Source: Macrostomum hystrix
Taxonomy: Eukaryota > Animalia > Platyhelminthes
Assembly: GCA_950097015.1 (NCBI GenBank)
Contig: CATNEN010000038.1
Location: 14,322,001 to 14,386,000 of the forward strand
Reading direction: 5' to 3'
DNA: 64,000 nucleotides
This document shows, in pieces, positions 35,005 through 46,933 of the stretch. Under the pieces are notes generated by a model, which made no database searches, had not been told where the DNA came from, and saw only the letters and a list, made by a program, of their open reading frames with translations. The stretch's first letter is position 1, and every line of letters begins with the position of its first letter. Position numbers and translations under genes: made by a program.

Positions 35005-35197
35005 TTCATGGCTCATGCGTTGACTAGAATTCTTTCGAAAAGGCATGGCTAGGCTTACATCACCTTTCTGCAAACTGTAGCCTCATAAAACGATTTCTCA
35101 AGTTTATAATTACTTATTATATCGACTGCTGCTTACTCGAGTTATATAGGGGCCTAAAGTATAATAGTTAACGTTCCAGATCTTTTAAATAAATCAA

Positions 35198-37471
35198 ATG
35201 GCTGCTGGTTTTGGCTGTAACCTCCTTAAAAAGATGGGATGGAAGGAAGGTAAGTTTCATGTTATCTTTGTAACTATCTAGTATCTTTAAACATGCATTT
35301 AGCCTATAAAGTCTAAAAGTTTAAAAGTGCTGAAATCATGGCTTTGTAATTTAAACTTTTTGCTTCATGATCGAGGAAATTTGGGGGTGGGGAATATTGT
35401 GCTAGCCTATTATTACCATTGGTCAGTGCTTTCCTTCACTTTTTTAGATGATGAAAATCTTGAGTTTAAATGTTTAAAGATGAAAACAAGTTGAAGCTTT
35501 AAGCTAGATTTAGTTTTTTTACAATATCTCAACTTTTCTCATCTGCTGATCTTTCTCATTAGGTAGACATGAGGCTGATCATCTAAATAATTTCAAAATT
35601 ATTCAGACTGGACAAACTTCAAAATCCACTTGCAATATCTCGCTTAGATAGGCCTAACTCAGCTTTACATAATTCATATCTTACCTAAAAACATAGGCCT
35701 ATCTGTTGTCACTAAAAATATGCCATAGGCCTACTATAGTCTATAGATAGTCCTATTTGTATTGTTAATTATTTAAAGCTATATATTTTCCTTCTTTAGC
35801 AAATTTATCATTTGGCTATTACTATATAACTCATATAGCTAAGTTAATTGTTATAATTATTAATATGAATTGAGTAGGCCCTATGGTTAGTATAGTTTTA
35901 CTAATTTGTAGGTCATTATTACTGTCTCTGTTTGTGAAATTAGTATGAAATACTACCTAAGTAAACTATTCAATTGGAGTGTGTACTGAATTGACTGGTT
36001 TATTAATGTATAAATATAAATACTTTTTTTGATAGCTCTGATATGCCTAGACTACAGTGTCCACTAAACTGCTCTGCTAAATGGCTCATTTAAACCATTC
36101 TATCTACCAAGATACAGCTTGACATCTAAAGCAAGCTATTTCAAGCTAGCCATTTTATATCAATTTCTTTATAAATAAATTGATAGTTAGAGTAACACGT
36201 CAGTTGTCCTATAGTAATTGCAGCAATCTAAAATAGGACAGAATTGTGAAGAATACTAAATTAATTCAAGTGTTGATGCTAAAATTTGTTCTTTCAGGCA
36301 CTGGTATTGGCAAATCTGAAAATGGCATTGTGGAGCCAATCAAACCAAAGCTGAAGCTTGGAACTGAAGGAGTAAGTCTTTAGTAATGAATGAAAACTAT
36401 AAATTTGTCTTCTATAGCTAACTTGTAAATTGCATTGTATTATGAAAATAAGAAGGGTGTCTGGCATAGTACTTAAAGTTTTTGCCTCTTGAAACAAAGG
36501 TACATAAACTTGATTCTGCAGCAAGACCACATTCACCGCAGAGAGAAGGCTTGAGGACTTGTCGTGCAATTTACACCCTTTAGGGCCAACCTCTAAGGCA
36601 CAGTGCCTGACGAGGAGAAAATCAGGACAGATGTACACACCTGTGTGAGCATGTGCCTGCGTACAGTATCTGTGTGCGTGTGTGCTCAGGAGTCAGCGAA
36701 ATGGGCAGAATTGCCTCCTTGCTGGCTGCGGGTCTAGTGTCACCAAAAAATTGTGTGCCATTGGCCGCAGCCCTTGTGCAAATAAAATTATCACCATAGT
36801 GAAGAAAAAGAATTTCAATTTTAAACTGTGGTGATTAAGTTAAAAGTTTGGCACTTGGAACCTGATTCAATCATTGGAAGGATCGTTGGTAAAAGGCAGG
36901 AATTTGCCAACTTCAGATCGGCTTCAAAGAGTCCGAGCGGCTCTGCTCTGGCTGGTGGATGGACGCTTTCAACAAGGCTGCCGCTGGCTCAAATTCTTCG
37001 AATTCTCGCGAAGCCTCCGCGATCTCCGCCACCGCCGCGCCAGTTCTAGGCCGGCCTTATTCTGTGGCATTCGCCTCCGCGGCTAGCGTCCTTCGCAACG
37101 GCTGCGAAGAGCCATCTGAAGCGGCTCCTAGCGACCGTTTGGCCACGCCGTTGCCTGCTGTGCCCAAAGTGCCATCCGATGCTGATTTATTAGCTGCCTG
37201 CGGTGGGCGCACTGCTCACTGCGCTGCCAGATTCGGCCTGAGTCTGGGCGGCAAATTGGCCCGGGTTCGAGCTCAGGACGTACTCAGCAGTAATGACGCT
37301 AGTGTTTGTAGCGCGGAAGAGGGAGGCGAGAAAAAAAAGCAGAAGAAAAAGAAGAAGAGAAAGCAGGAGAGCAAATTGACAGTTGAGAATGAGTCCGACG
37401 TGGCAAAAGAAGCTTCGCAAAAAAAGCAAAAACGGACTCAAACAAGAGAAGCGGATTCGGTGCCTGAGTAG
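35198..37471 (+). CDS. GPATCH4: G-patch domain-containing protein 4. Exons 35198-35249, 36298-36371, 36917-37471
   Basis: Spliced G-patch FGCNLLKKMGWKEG|TGIGKSENGIVEPIK, then WWMDAFNKAA, DADLLAACGGRTAHCAARFG...KLAR and a Lys-rich tail; all phases consistent. Confidence 0.9.
36526..36790 (+). mobile_element. SINE family A copy, 5'-truncated, in GPATCH4 intron 2
   Basis: Matches the body of 22648-22998. Confidence 0.88.
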
Positions 37472-37680
37472 GTCCTATAATCGGCCTCTTATTGTCTGAT
37501 AATTGTTTGATCTTCAGCTCGTGTTACATTTTTCTGTCTGGCTTTAATGAAATTTGAATGAAAGATTATAGCTCGAAAAATTTTGCTCTCGATTTCAAAA
37601 TGCAAAGCTTTGCACCACTGGCAAATTAATCTCAGTTCTTTAGACTTTTCTTTTATGTTTATATGTATAACCTCCTTAAG

Positions 37681-39545
37681 AGGAAAGGGGAAAGTGTTCA
37701 TTTGGGACAGGGGAAAGGGGTAAGTGTTCATTTAGGACAGGGGAAAGGGGTAAGTGTTCATTTGGGACAGGGGAAAGGGGTAAGTGTTCTTTTGGGACAG
37801 GGGAAAGGGGTAAGTGTTCATTTGGGACAGGGGAAAGGGGTAAGTGTTCTTTTGGGACAGGGGAAAGGGGTAAGTGTTCATTTGGGACAGGGGAAAGGGG
37901 TAAGTGTTCATTTGGGACAGGGGAAAGGGGTAAGTGTTCATTTAGGACAGGGGAAAGGGGTAAGTGTTCATTTAGGACAGGGGAAAGGGGTAAGTTTTCA
38001 TTTAGGACAGGGGAAAGGGGTAAGTGTTCTATTGGGACAGGGGAAAAGGGGTAAGTTTTCATTTGGGACAGGGGGAAAGGGGTAAGTGTTCTTTTGGGAC
38101 AGGGGAAAAGGGGTAAGTTTTCATTTGGGACAGGGGGAAAGGGGTAAGTGTTCTTTTGGGACAGGGGAAAAGGGGTAAGTTTTCATTTGGGACAGGGTGA
38201 AAGGGGTAAGTGTTCTTTTGGGACAGGGTGAAAGGGGTAAGTGTTCATTTGGGACAGGGGGAAAGGGGTAAGTGTTCTTTTGGGACAGGGGGAAAGGGGT
38301 AAGTGTTCATTTGGGACAGGGGGAAAGGGGTAAGTGTTCATTTGGGACAGGGGAAAAGGGGTAAGTGTTCTTTTGGGACAGGGGAAAGGGGTAAGTGTTC
38401 ATTTGGGACAGGGGAAAGGGGTAAGTGTTCTTTTGGGACAGGGGAAAGGGGTAAGTGTTCATTTAGGACAGGGGAAAGGGGTAAGTGTTCATTTAGGACA
38501 GGGGAAAGGGGTAAGTTTTCATTTAGGACAGGGGAAAGGGGTAAGTGTTCTATTGGGACAGGGGAAAAGGGGTAAGTTTTCATTTGGGACAGGGGGAAAG
38601 GGGTAAGTGTTCTTTTGGGACAGGGGAAAAGGGGTAAGTTTTCATTTGGGACAGGGGGAAAGGGGTAAGTGTTCTTTTGGGACAGGGGAAAAGGGGTAAG
38701 TTTTCATTTGGGACAGGGTGAAAGGGGTAAGTGTTCTTTTGGGACAGGGTGAAAGGGGTAAGTGTTCATTTGGGACAGGGGGAAAGGGGTAAGTGTTCTT
38801 TTGGGACAGGGGGAAAGGGGTAAGTGTTCTTTTGGGACAGGGTGAAAGGGGTAAGTGTTCATTTGGGACAGGGGGAAAGGGGTAAGTGTTCATTTGGGAC
38901 AGGGGAAAGGGGTAAGTGTTCATTTGGGGCAGGGGGAAAGGGGTAAGTGTTCATTTGGGACAGGGGAAAGGGGTAAGTGTTCATTTGGGACAGGGGGAAA
39001 GGGGTAAGTGTTCATTTGGGACAGGGGGAAAGGGGTAAGTGTTCATTTGGGACAGGGGGAAAGGGGTAAGTGTTCATTTGGGACAGGGGAAAGGGGTAAG
39101 TGTTCATTTGGGACAGGGGAAAGGGGTAAGTGTTCATTTGGGACAGGGGAAAGGGGTAAGTGTTCATTTGGGACAGGGGAAAGGGGTAAGTGTTCATTTG
39201 GGACAGGGGGAAAGGGGTAAGTGTTCATTTGGGACAGGGGAAAGGGGTAAGTGTTCATTTGGGACAGGGGGAAAGGGGTAAGTGTTCATTTGGGACAGGG
39301 GAAAGGGGTAAGTGTTCATTTGGGACAGGGGGAAAGGGGTAAGTGTTCATTTAGGACAGGGGGAAAGGGGTAAATTTGGGACAGGGGGAAAGGGGTAAGT
39401 GTTCAATTAGGACAGGGGGAAAGGGGTAAGTGTTCATTTGGGACAGGGGAAAGGGGTAAGTGTTCATTTAGGACAGGGGAAAGGGGTAAGTGTTCATTTG
39501 GGACAGGGGAAAGGGGTAAGTGTTCTATTGGGACAGGGGGAAAGT
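37681..39545. repeat. 30-31-bp G-rich satellite (GGGACAGGGGAAAGGGGTAAGTGTTCATTT), about 60 copies
   Basis: Direct periodicity; three G-runs per unit. Confidence 0.97.
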
Positions 39546-39869
39546 GTGTGCTAAGATACAAACGCATAGTACGTGTACAAGGGTTTTCACATAAGCATGT
39601 GTTCTCAGACAAAATCTATTATATAACTTCTCGAGATCATTCAATATTTAACAAATATATATATTTTTTAAATTCATATAATCGATTTCGTGACTCATTA
39701 AAGTATAGGACCAAAAATAATTATAATTAATAACAGTCAGCAGTATCACAATGCCAAAGGGCCTACGCCTGATAAGCAGTAACACATTTTTAAATCAATA
39801 AGAGTATAGCAATACGTACAGACAATTGTGCATGCATTTTTTTACAACTTGTGAAACACTAGCCTTAAA

Positions 39870-40010
39870 CCTCTTCCTTTCGTCTCGCCTTAACTCCCTT
39901 ACTTCCCTCTCGCCTTAACTCCCTTCCCTCTCGCCTTATCCCCCACCTTCCCTCTCGCCTTACCCCACTCCTCCCCTCTCGCCGTAACTCCCTCCCTTAC
40001 TCGCCCTCGA
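39870..40010. repeat. Short C-rich degenerate repeat (CCCTCTCGCCTTAACT)
   Basis: 5-6 imperfect copies. Confidence 0.7.
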
Positions 40011-40052
40011 GCTTAAGTCCATACAAGCGACCAGCAATCAATCGCCGATAAA

Positions 40053-41403
40053 CTAGCTGTACATGTGAGTCTGCATCATAACTTTGACAAATTCTTCAAT
40101 GTCGACCGCATTGTCGCCGTTGGTGTCAGCCTCCTGGATCATCTCCTCCAGCTCGGGTTCTGGTATGCGCACCTTGTAGTCTCGGCAGAGCTTCTTTAGA
40201 TTGGCGAGGGTCACCTTTCCTGTGTCGTCTGAGGTTGAGTAACAGTTTTCTATTTAACGCAGCACAAGGCTTTTCATTTTTAACGTATTTTATTAACTTG
40301 GCTTTGTTGCTATTTTTAGCATCATTTGCGGGGAACCCCGTTTCAACAGCTAAAGCATCTCGTCTTCAAAATAGTCATTGAAGATCATTGTCGATCTGCT
40401 TACCAATGTCAAAATGCTTGAAGCCCAGCACAATCTCGTCGTGCAAATCTCTAACTTCACCTTGGCGATCGATGACAAAGTTAAGAAAAGCGTTGAAGTC
40501 CGTGGCGCTGGAATGGCAGTTGATTGACAGATAGGCGCTAGCAACTGCACTAATGAGAATGTGCAGCGGTGTAACTATCTATACACCAACATGCATTATC
40601 GACTAATAAAATAGTCGATCTAAATAATACACCTGGATAAGCACACCTGTCACATCTAGATGAGCACACCAGACCTAGATGAGCAGTAAATATAAGTTTT
40701 GTGACTTAAACTAGCTCATGAATGGCCTGAGAAAATGATTTGCACCTCCTGAGGTAAAAATTGACAAACAATTAGGATTTTCAGGCGATAAAACTCACAT
40801 GAGCCCCTTATTTAGCTCGGTGGCCATCTTGTGCACCTGATCCAACTCGGTCTTGAAGCCCAGAGCTCGCAGCGCCAGACGAACTTCAGACAGAGTCAAG
40901 TTGCTGAATAAAAAAGTCTACTTAGTTAATCAATAGAATGTTAATTTAAACGTCTTTTTTACGGAAAGCCAGCTCAAAACTGCACGTGCAACCTCACCCG
41001 TCCAGATCTGAGTCAAACACATCGAATACAAGTTTCAAGTCGCGAATCTCCTGCGGAGTCAGCTCATCCAGGGCTCGAACCCCGATTCGCATATTGTGCA
41101 ACTCCTTTTCTTCGACTTCATGCGTCTTTAGCACTTGCAGAAGCTGTTGATAACATGTATTATATGAATGGATTTCCGCTTTATATACGACTAAGAACAG
41201 ACAAGAAAATATTGTCACTATATACTACTTACATTCTCTCCCAGCAGTGGTATATTTGGGGGTAGAGGCTTTGGCATGAGGACGCTGCCAGATTCCGCCT
41301 TGGCGCCAACTGGTTTTGGCAGGTCGGAGCGACCAGCAATGCTGGCCTTGTTACCTGACTTTTTGCCAACTTTCTTGCCACCCTTTTTGCCACCTTTAGG
41401 CAT
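40053..41403 (-). CDS. Centrin/caltractin-like EF-hand protein. Exons 41403-41233, 41143-40998, 40903-40799, 40507-40404, 40228-40053
   Basis: ELTPQEIRDLKLVFDVFDSDLDG|NLTLSEVRLALRALGF; DEIVLGFKHFDI|DDTGKVTLANLKKL; ELEEMIQEADTNGDNAVDIEEFVKVM; all GT-AG introns in phase. Confidence 0.9.
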
Positions 41404-41728
41404 TGTTTATTTGCTCTTGTGGCTGCAACAATCAGATAATGTTTACTTGAAATTCCGTGGTTTGGTTAAACACCCCTGATATTTATTAAACTTATAAAAA
41501 AAAACGAAAAAAACTAATAAATTTTACAGTCTTTAGGTTTTATTTAATCTAATACATTTTTTTAATCTAAAAGTAAAGCTATAAGACCTAAAACCTAATA
41601 TAGCACTATTTCAAGCTAAATTCTTTAGTCTTATTCGCAATTTATTTGAGGGTATTCCGGGTGTCCGGAAAGTCATGAGAAAACTACAAAAGGTTAATTA
41701 TAAAAACGCACAGAACAGTGAAACTTTA

Positions 41729-42778
41729 CTAATCAGTAATGTAATTTCCCCTGAAGTCAATCACAGCTTGGCAGTGCTCCACGAGCCGTAGAACCTCGCG
41801 TTTCAAGCAGTTTGCATCCAGACCCCTCGCCCACTGCAACGCGGCCTCGCGGACCTCATCGTGGCTGCTGAACTCCCGCTTCGAGAAGTCCGATTTCAGC
41901 TAATTGAAGAAAAAACGGTCGCATAAATTGAAATCAGGGCTGCAGGGACTCTGAAAAAGCAGTTGAACTCCACGAGTCTCCATGTACTGCTGCACAGGCT
42001 GGGCCACATGAGGTCGTGCGTTGTCCCACTGCCACAAGACTTCGGACAAATGAATTGGCTGTGATCTGAGGCTCCGCCATAGGTCACCTGTGTGTCGAAC
42101 GAATTCAACGATGCGATTGGCATCAACAGTCTGCTTTGGCGCCGTTGACATGATAGAGAATCGCTTGCTTGGGGTGAAAGCGACTACCAGCATTGTCTTT
42201 GGGTCCCCGACTGAGTGTCTCACAACTTAAGGTCGATGGTCGCCTTGACCCAGCCAGCACCGGTTGTTCTGCCGTGTACCAGTGTTTTTAAGGTACACCC
42301 ACGTCTCGTCCTCCACCACGTACTTGTTGCAGAAGCTGGTCATGCCCTCGGTATGAAAAATCCGACGTATTTGCTTGGCACAATTGACGCGAGCAACCTT
42401 GTTCTCCTCGGAGAGAACATGCGGGACCCACACGGCAGACACATTGCGAAGTTGCAGGTCTTCAGTCAATATTTCATGCACTGTTGATTTCCCAACCTCC
42501 ATGAAGTCAGCAAGATCTCTGACACTCACTTTTGGGTCTTCTTTCACGAGATTTCTGCAGGTCTCGATCAGCTCTGGTGTTCTCGTCGATCTCGGCCGGC
42601 CAACACGGGCAGCTTGGGCCAGTGGGTACGACTCGTCACGGAACCTTGTGTACCATCGGTACACTGACGACAGACCAGGCGCCACATCTCCATGCACTTT
42701 CAGCAGTTCTCCATGGCAATCAGGAGCAGATATACCAAGCTTATACCTGGTATAAGCATAAGCTTGAAACTCGTCCAT
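41729..42778 (-). pseudogene. Mariner transposase (349 codons) with two in-frame stops (42227-42229, 41900-41902)
   Basis: HTH region, GRPR, WVPHVL, DETW, DNARPH, SPDFNLCD (34 residues between the last two catalytic Asp), GNY C-terminus; one frame throughout. Confidence 0.93.
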
Positions 42779-42998
42779 CTCGAAGCAGCAGCAAGGATCA
42801 ATGAAGAAAAAAGTAACGATAGATGCTTGCTTTGCCTCTGCGTTGCAGTGGCCTAGACTTCTAAGTTATAACCATCAGCCTTACCCCCAAATTTGAAGCT
42901 AGAATCTAGCTCTTTCAGCCATAGACATATATTAAGTCAAGTGTTAGAATGGTACAGTATCTTGTCAATAGCTTGTGTCTAAGTAGTTAGAATAGTAT

Positions 42999-43257
42999 AT
43001 TATTACCCAGGCTTTCAGGGCGATAATGGGAAAGCCAGAGGGCGCCGAAGGCGCCCGAGGGATTTCTCATTATCGCCCGCAAAGCCTGGGTAATACTGTG
43101 ATTGTACCATAGACTATGTGGCTTATAGTATGTGGCTATACGTTAAAATACACAAAAATAATCCATTATCGGCCCAACTTTTCGGGCCAAAATGACATCG
43201 TCTATGGCAATAATCGAATATCAGCCCGCCCGATAGCCACGTAGTCATGGTACAATA
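42999..43257. repeat. Palindromic insert in the mariner 5' region: 96-bp hairpin centred on GGGCGCCGAAGGCGCCC plus a second inverted-repeat pair
   Basis: TATTACCCAGGCTTT..GGGCGATAATG..CATTATCGCCC..AAAGCCTGGGTAATA (43000-43095); ATTGTACCATAGACTATGTGGCT (43101) / AGCCACGTAGTCATGGTACAAT (about 43235-43256). Confidence 0.8.
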
Positions 43258-44820
43258 ACACATTCTCATGACTTTCCGGACACCCGAAGTATATTTCTCG
43301 TCAACAAAGCATATATTTTGGCAATGTGTTAATGGTACACTGGTACAGGTATATATGAAAGATAGCTAAAAAATAGTCTCTTCACGTTTTGTTTTCCCGG
43401 TGCTGTGTTGACGAAAAAATCAAATATATAACTAGTTTTTATTCACAGTTTTACTAACTCAAAGATCGGCTATCATAGCTATAAAAATCAAACAGATTTT
43501 AACTTTACTTGCAAACAATTGTTTATTTCAGACTCTGACATACTTCAAGAATTAGTAAAGAAGAAATTAAAACATATTATCTCATTTTAAGTTACGCGAT
43601 ATTTGAAGCTTTTAAAACTAAAGTGTAAGAGATAACACAATAACTTTATAATAAACAAACAAGAAAAGCCTAAATATTTAAAAGTATCGTCGAGTCAATG
43701 CCATAAAAAAGCATAGTTTAGGAAAGTTAAATTTGTGAACCTAAGTAAAACGAATTCGTATTTCTGCTTGCATATAGACAGCACTAACGAATGTTTTTAC
43801 ATCTCTATTATTAAATTTTTGTTTTCATTATGCTTTTAATTTTTTTCTGTTTTAATTATGCTCAAAATTTGTCAGATGAGTTCTAAGCAACAGAAATACA
43901 ATATTTAAAATGATAACTTCGATGAACCGCGGAGTCCAACACGCAATAATCTTATTTCCACGTACAAAGAGCTCAGACTGGGCATTAGACTCATTAAACA
44001 CTTAAACTCATTAACTAAAATGGTTAGCAAGGACAGATCTTCATGAAGTTAAACTCTTGTCTATCACATCTAGCTCGTTGTAAAATTATGATAACTCGGA
44101 CATAAAGACAAAGTGGCCAGCAGTTTGGTGAAATAAAGTCTTAATATATGAGTGCATAACAGCGCTAATTGTTAAAATAAAAGTTTCAAATTAAAAACTA
44201 AAGATCCATTAAATGTAATTGAGAAAAACAATTAGCATCACGTTTGGGCACCTTACAGTGTCAGTTAGAGAAGTGAGAAAGTGGCCAGCAGAGAAGTGGC
44301 CAGTAGAGAAGTATACTAGAGATCAGTCACTGTTCTGTTTGTAATTATATTTCTTTTCGTTTCAACTTCTACACCGCAACTAACTTGCGATGTGATATAA
44401 TTTACAACCTAGTTTCGTTGCTTTTGGTTCGGCTGCAATCTGTCAGCATATGACCGGAAGTACACAATGAAAAAATACAGAATACGAGCGTATAGCACAA
44501 AATATAGGTGCTGTGTTTAGAATTCTTGACAATGGCCCACCCTAAAAAGCACATGGTTTTCGCATAACTGCGTGGTTTGTTTCTCAGCGAAACACGTACA
44601 TTGCAATGTGTTGAGCAAGTTCGGGACCCACTCGTACATTAGATAGAAGGAAACACTGCATGTTAAACATTCAAAGCCAGGGAATTTGTACAGCTAGTGG
44701 CCTGTAACAGTAAACAGCTATCCTTCCTTATTTATCAAACTCACTGTAGCTTGTAAAAGTGTAAAAGCTCATAGCTAGACAAAAATATTATTTTGACCCG
44801 CGAAAGAAGTCCAGTTCGAA

Positions 44821-46314
44821 ATGTCAGATGCGACTGAAACAACCGAACTTCTAGCTGAAGGTAGGCGGCGAGCTGCCACTGGCGCCGCTCAAAACAGCTC
44901 AAAAACTGTCTTAGCACTTCTGCTTGTCATGAAAATCTGCAGCAACATGTTCGAGAACCAAATAGCCTCATTCGATGTAAAATCATTCAACAACACCGCA
45001 TCGGATGCCGGCATCTGTGTCTATGAGAAAAGGACGCCAAGCAGTATGATGACAGTCGTTGTCATCGCCATGGCGACCGCGGCATTCGTGCTGCCGACTC
45101 TCGGAGGCCTGCTTTCGGACGCCTTCATCGGGTGTCTCAAAACGCTGTGGATTGGTGTGCTGCTGCAGCTCATTGGCAGCGCAACGCTGGTGGGTTTCGA
45201 CATGGCCGGTCTTGCCTGCAGGATGCCGCTGTACATCCTGGCCTGGGTGCCCGTCCTGCTGTTTCTTGGCTTCGGTGACTTGATGCTGCTCTACGCGCCG
45301 CTGCGAATAACTTCAAACAGGCGCACCAGGCAGCTGGTGCTTTGCCTGTACTTTGCCGCTGCAGCCTCTGGAGAGACCATTGGCAACGTGCCTTCGGTGA
45401 TGAAGTACTTTACCGAGAGAAGCTACGAGTATTTGGGCACCATCTTTAGCATTTTCAGCCTGTTTTGTCTAATCGTAGTAACCTTGAAAAACAAAAGCAC
45501 CGCGCTAGGCGCAAATAACAGGGACAACTTTGCGCGCCCCAGGCCGAAAAGGCTGCTAAAGTTCTACCTGATTACTGCGGGCGCAATTCCACATCTCACC
45601 TGTATCACCTTGTGCAGATTGACATTGTACTGGCAGCAGATCAGGTACTTTACCAACGCCCATGGTGACGAGGATGTGCTGGCATTCTTTGTGCCATTCG
45701 CTGGTTATCAAACTGCTTCGATTTTGCTCAGCCTGGTCGGAGCTGCCATTGTGCTGAGGTTCGGCGCCCCAGTCTGGTTCAGCGTGATGTTTCGCATCAG
45801 AGCTGGTCTGTGCCTCATGGCTTTCACTAAGCTGCCGCTGCTGTTGCTGAGTCTGCTGGACTACCACAATATAATCTGCATCCAGAACTGGGATCCATTC
45901 GCTGTTTTGGCCACCTACTTTGCCTCATCCTTTCTCGATGGAGTCTGCAATGCCCTCACTACAATGGCCATCTACGAGCTGATCTATTGCGTGGCGGACT
46001 CCGGCGCCAAGGCAACAATGGTGGGCATCTTCTACACGGTGTGGGGCCTGGCTATCTTTCTGAATGGCGCAATCCTGCTCATCCTGCAGGCCTGCAGTGT
46101 GCTCAGCCTGGACTCGACCAATCGGGCCAAGCCAAAATCGCACATTGCGTACGGCTGCGTCATCTGCCTGATGCTGATTGCCATCGCCTACTGGGAGAAG
46201 ATCTCCTGGCCTCGGGCCTCTGGCCTGCTGGCGGATCACGAGGCAGAAGAGGATGCCAACCAAAGCGCTGGGGCGTCCGCGGACGCTCTTGAAACAATGT
46301 CACTAGACACTTAG
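44821..46314 (+). CDS. Intronless divergent SLC15/POT (PTR2-family) MFS transporter, 497 aa
   Basis: About 11-12 hydrophobic segments; PTLGGLLSDAFIGCLKTL resembles the PTR2 motif GGxxADxxxGRYKTI; YELIYCVADSGAKATMVG resembles EFxYSQAPxSMK. Confidence 0.75.
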   Translation: MSDATETTELLAEGRRRAATGAAQNSSKTVLALLLVMKICSNMFENQIASFDVKSFNNTASDAGICVYEKRTPSSMMTVVVIAMATAAFVLPTLGGLLSDAFIGCLKTLWIGVLLQLIGSATLVGFDMAGLACRMPLYILAWVPVLLFLGFGDLMLLYAPLRITSNRRTRQLVLCLYFAAAASGETIGNVPSVMKYFTERSYEYLGTIFSIFSLFCLIVVTLKNKSTALGANNRDNFARPRPKRLLKFYLITAGAIPHLTCITLCRLTLYWQQIRYFTNAHGDEDVLAFFVPFAGYQTASILLSLVGAAIVLRFGAPVWFSVMFRIRAGLCLMAFTKLPLLLLSLLDYHNIICIQNWDPFAVLATYFASSFLDGVCNALTTMAIYELIYCVADSGAKATMVGIFYTVWGLAIFLNGAILLILQACSVLSLDSTNRAKPKSHIAYGCVICLMLIAIAYWEKISWPRASGLLADHEAEEDANQSAGASADALETMSLDT

Positions 46315-46578
46315 AGGGCTTTGAGTTGCACGGAATGACAAGATTTAGCCAGAATTGGACATTGCTGTGTTTCTGTGTCGCCCTACGGATCGCAAAATTA
46401 ACACGATGTGAATTCCTTTTCAATGCCTTTGCATGCATCTATGAGCGAAAAAAACTATATAATCAGCCAAAAAAATATTGTAATTTCAATCATTCATCAA
46501 GCAAAATGTCTTGTAAATAGTTTCTCATACAATCAAATAAAAATTTAGACTTTATCAATCTGTCTTCTATACAAGAGT

Positions 46579-46933
46579 TAATAATAATAATAATTGTAGG
46601 GTGGCTGCGGCCAATAGCACATCATTTTGTGAGAGGCCCGCAGTGAGCGAGGAGACAATTCTGCCCATTTCGCTGACTCCTGAGCACACACGCACACAGA
46701 TGCCGTACGCAGGCATACACTCACACAGGAGGTGTGTACAACTGCCCTGAATTTCTCATTGTCAGGCAGTGTACACTCTCACTGTGCCTTTGAGGTTGGC
46801 GCTCAAGGTCGTAAATTGCACGACAAGCCCCCAAGCCTTTTCTCCGCGGCTGCGCCCAAAATAAATGTGGCCTCGCCGTGGAATCGAACTTAGGGACCTT
46901 GGAACGCGTTAACCGCTCTGTCACCGACCCCCG
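46579..46933 (-). mobile_element. SINE family A copy
   Basis: Matches 11163-11524; (TAA)n tail. Confidence 0.9.

Larger units (their letters stand above)
41655..43289 (-). mobile_element. Tc1/mariner (DD34D mariner) transposon, TIR to TIR, with TA target duplication
   Basis: TIRs CGGGTGTCCGGAAAGTCATGAGAA at both ends; TA at 41653-41654 and 43290-43291. Confidence 0.95.
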
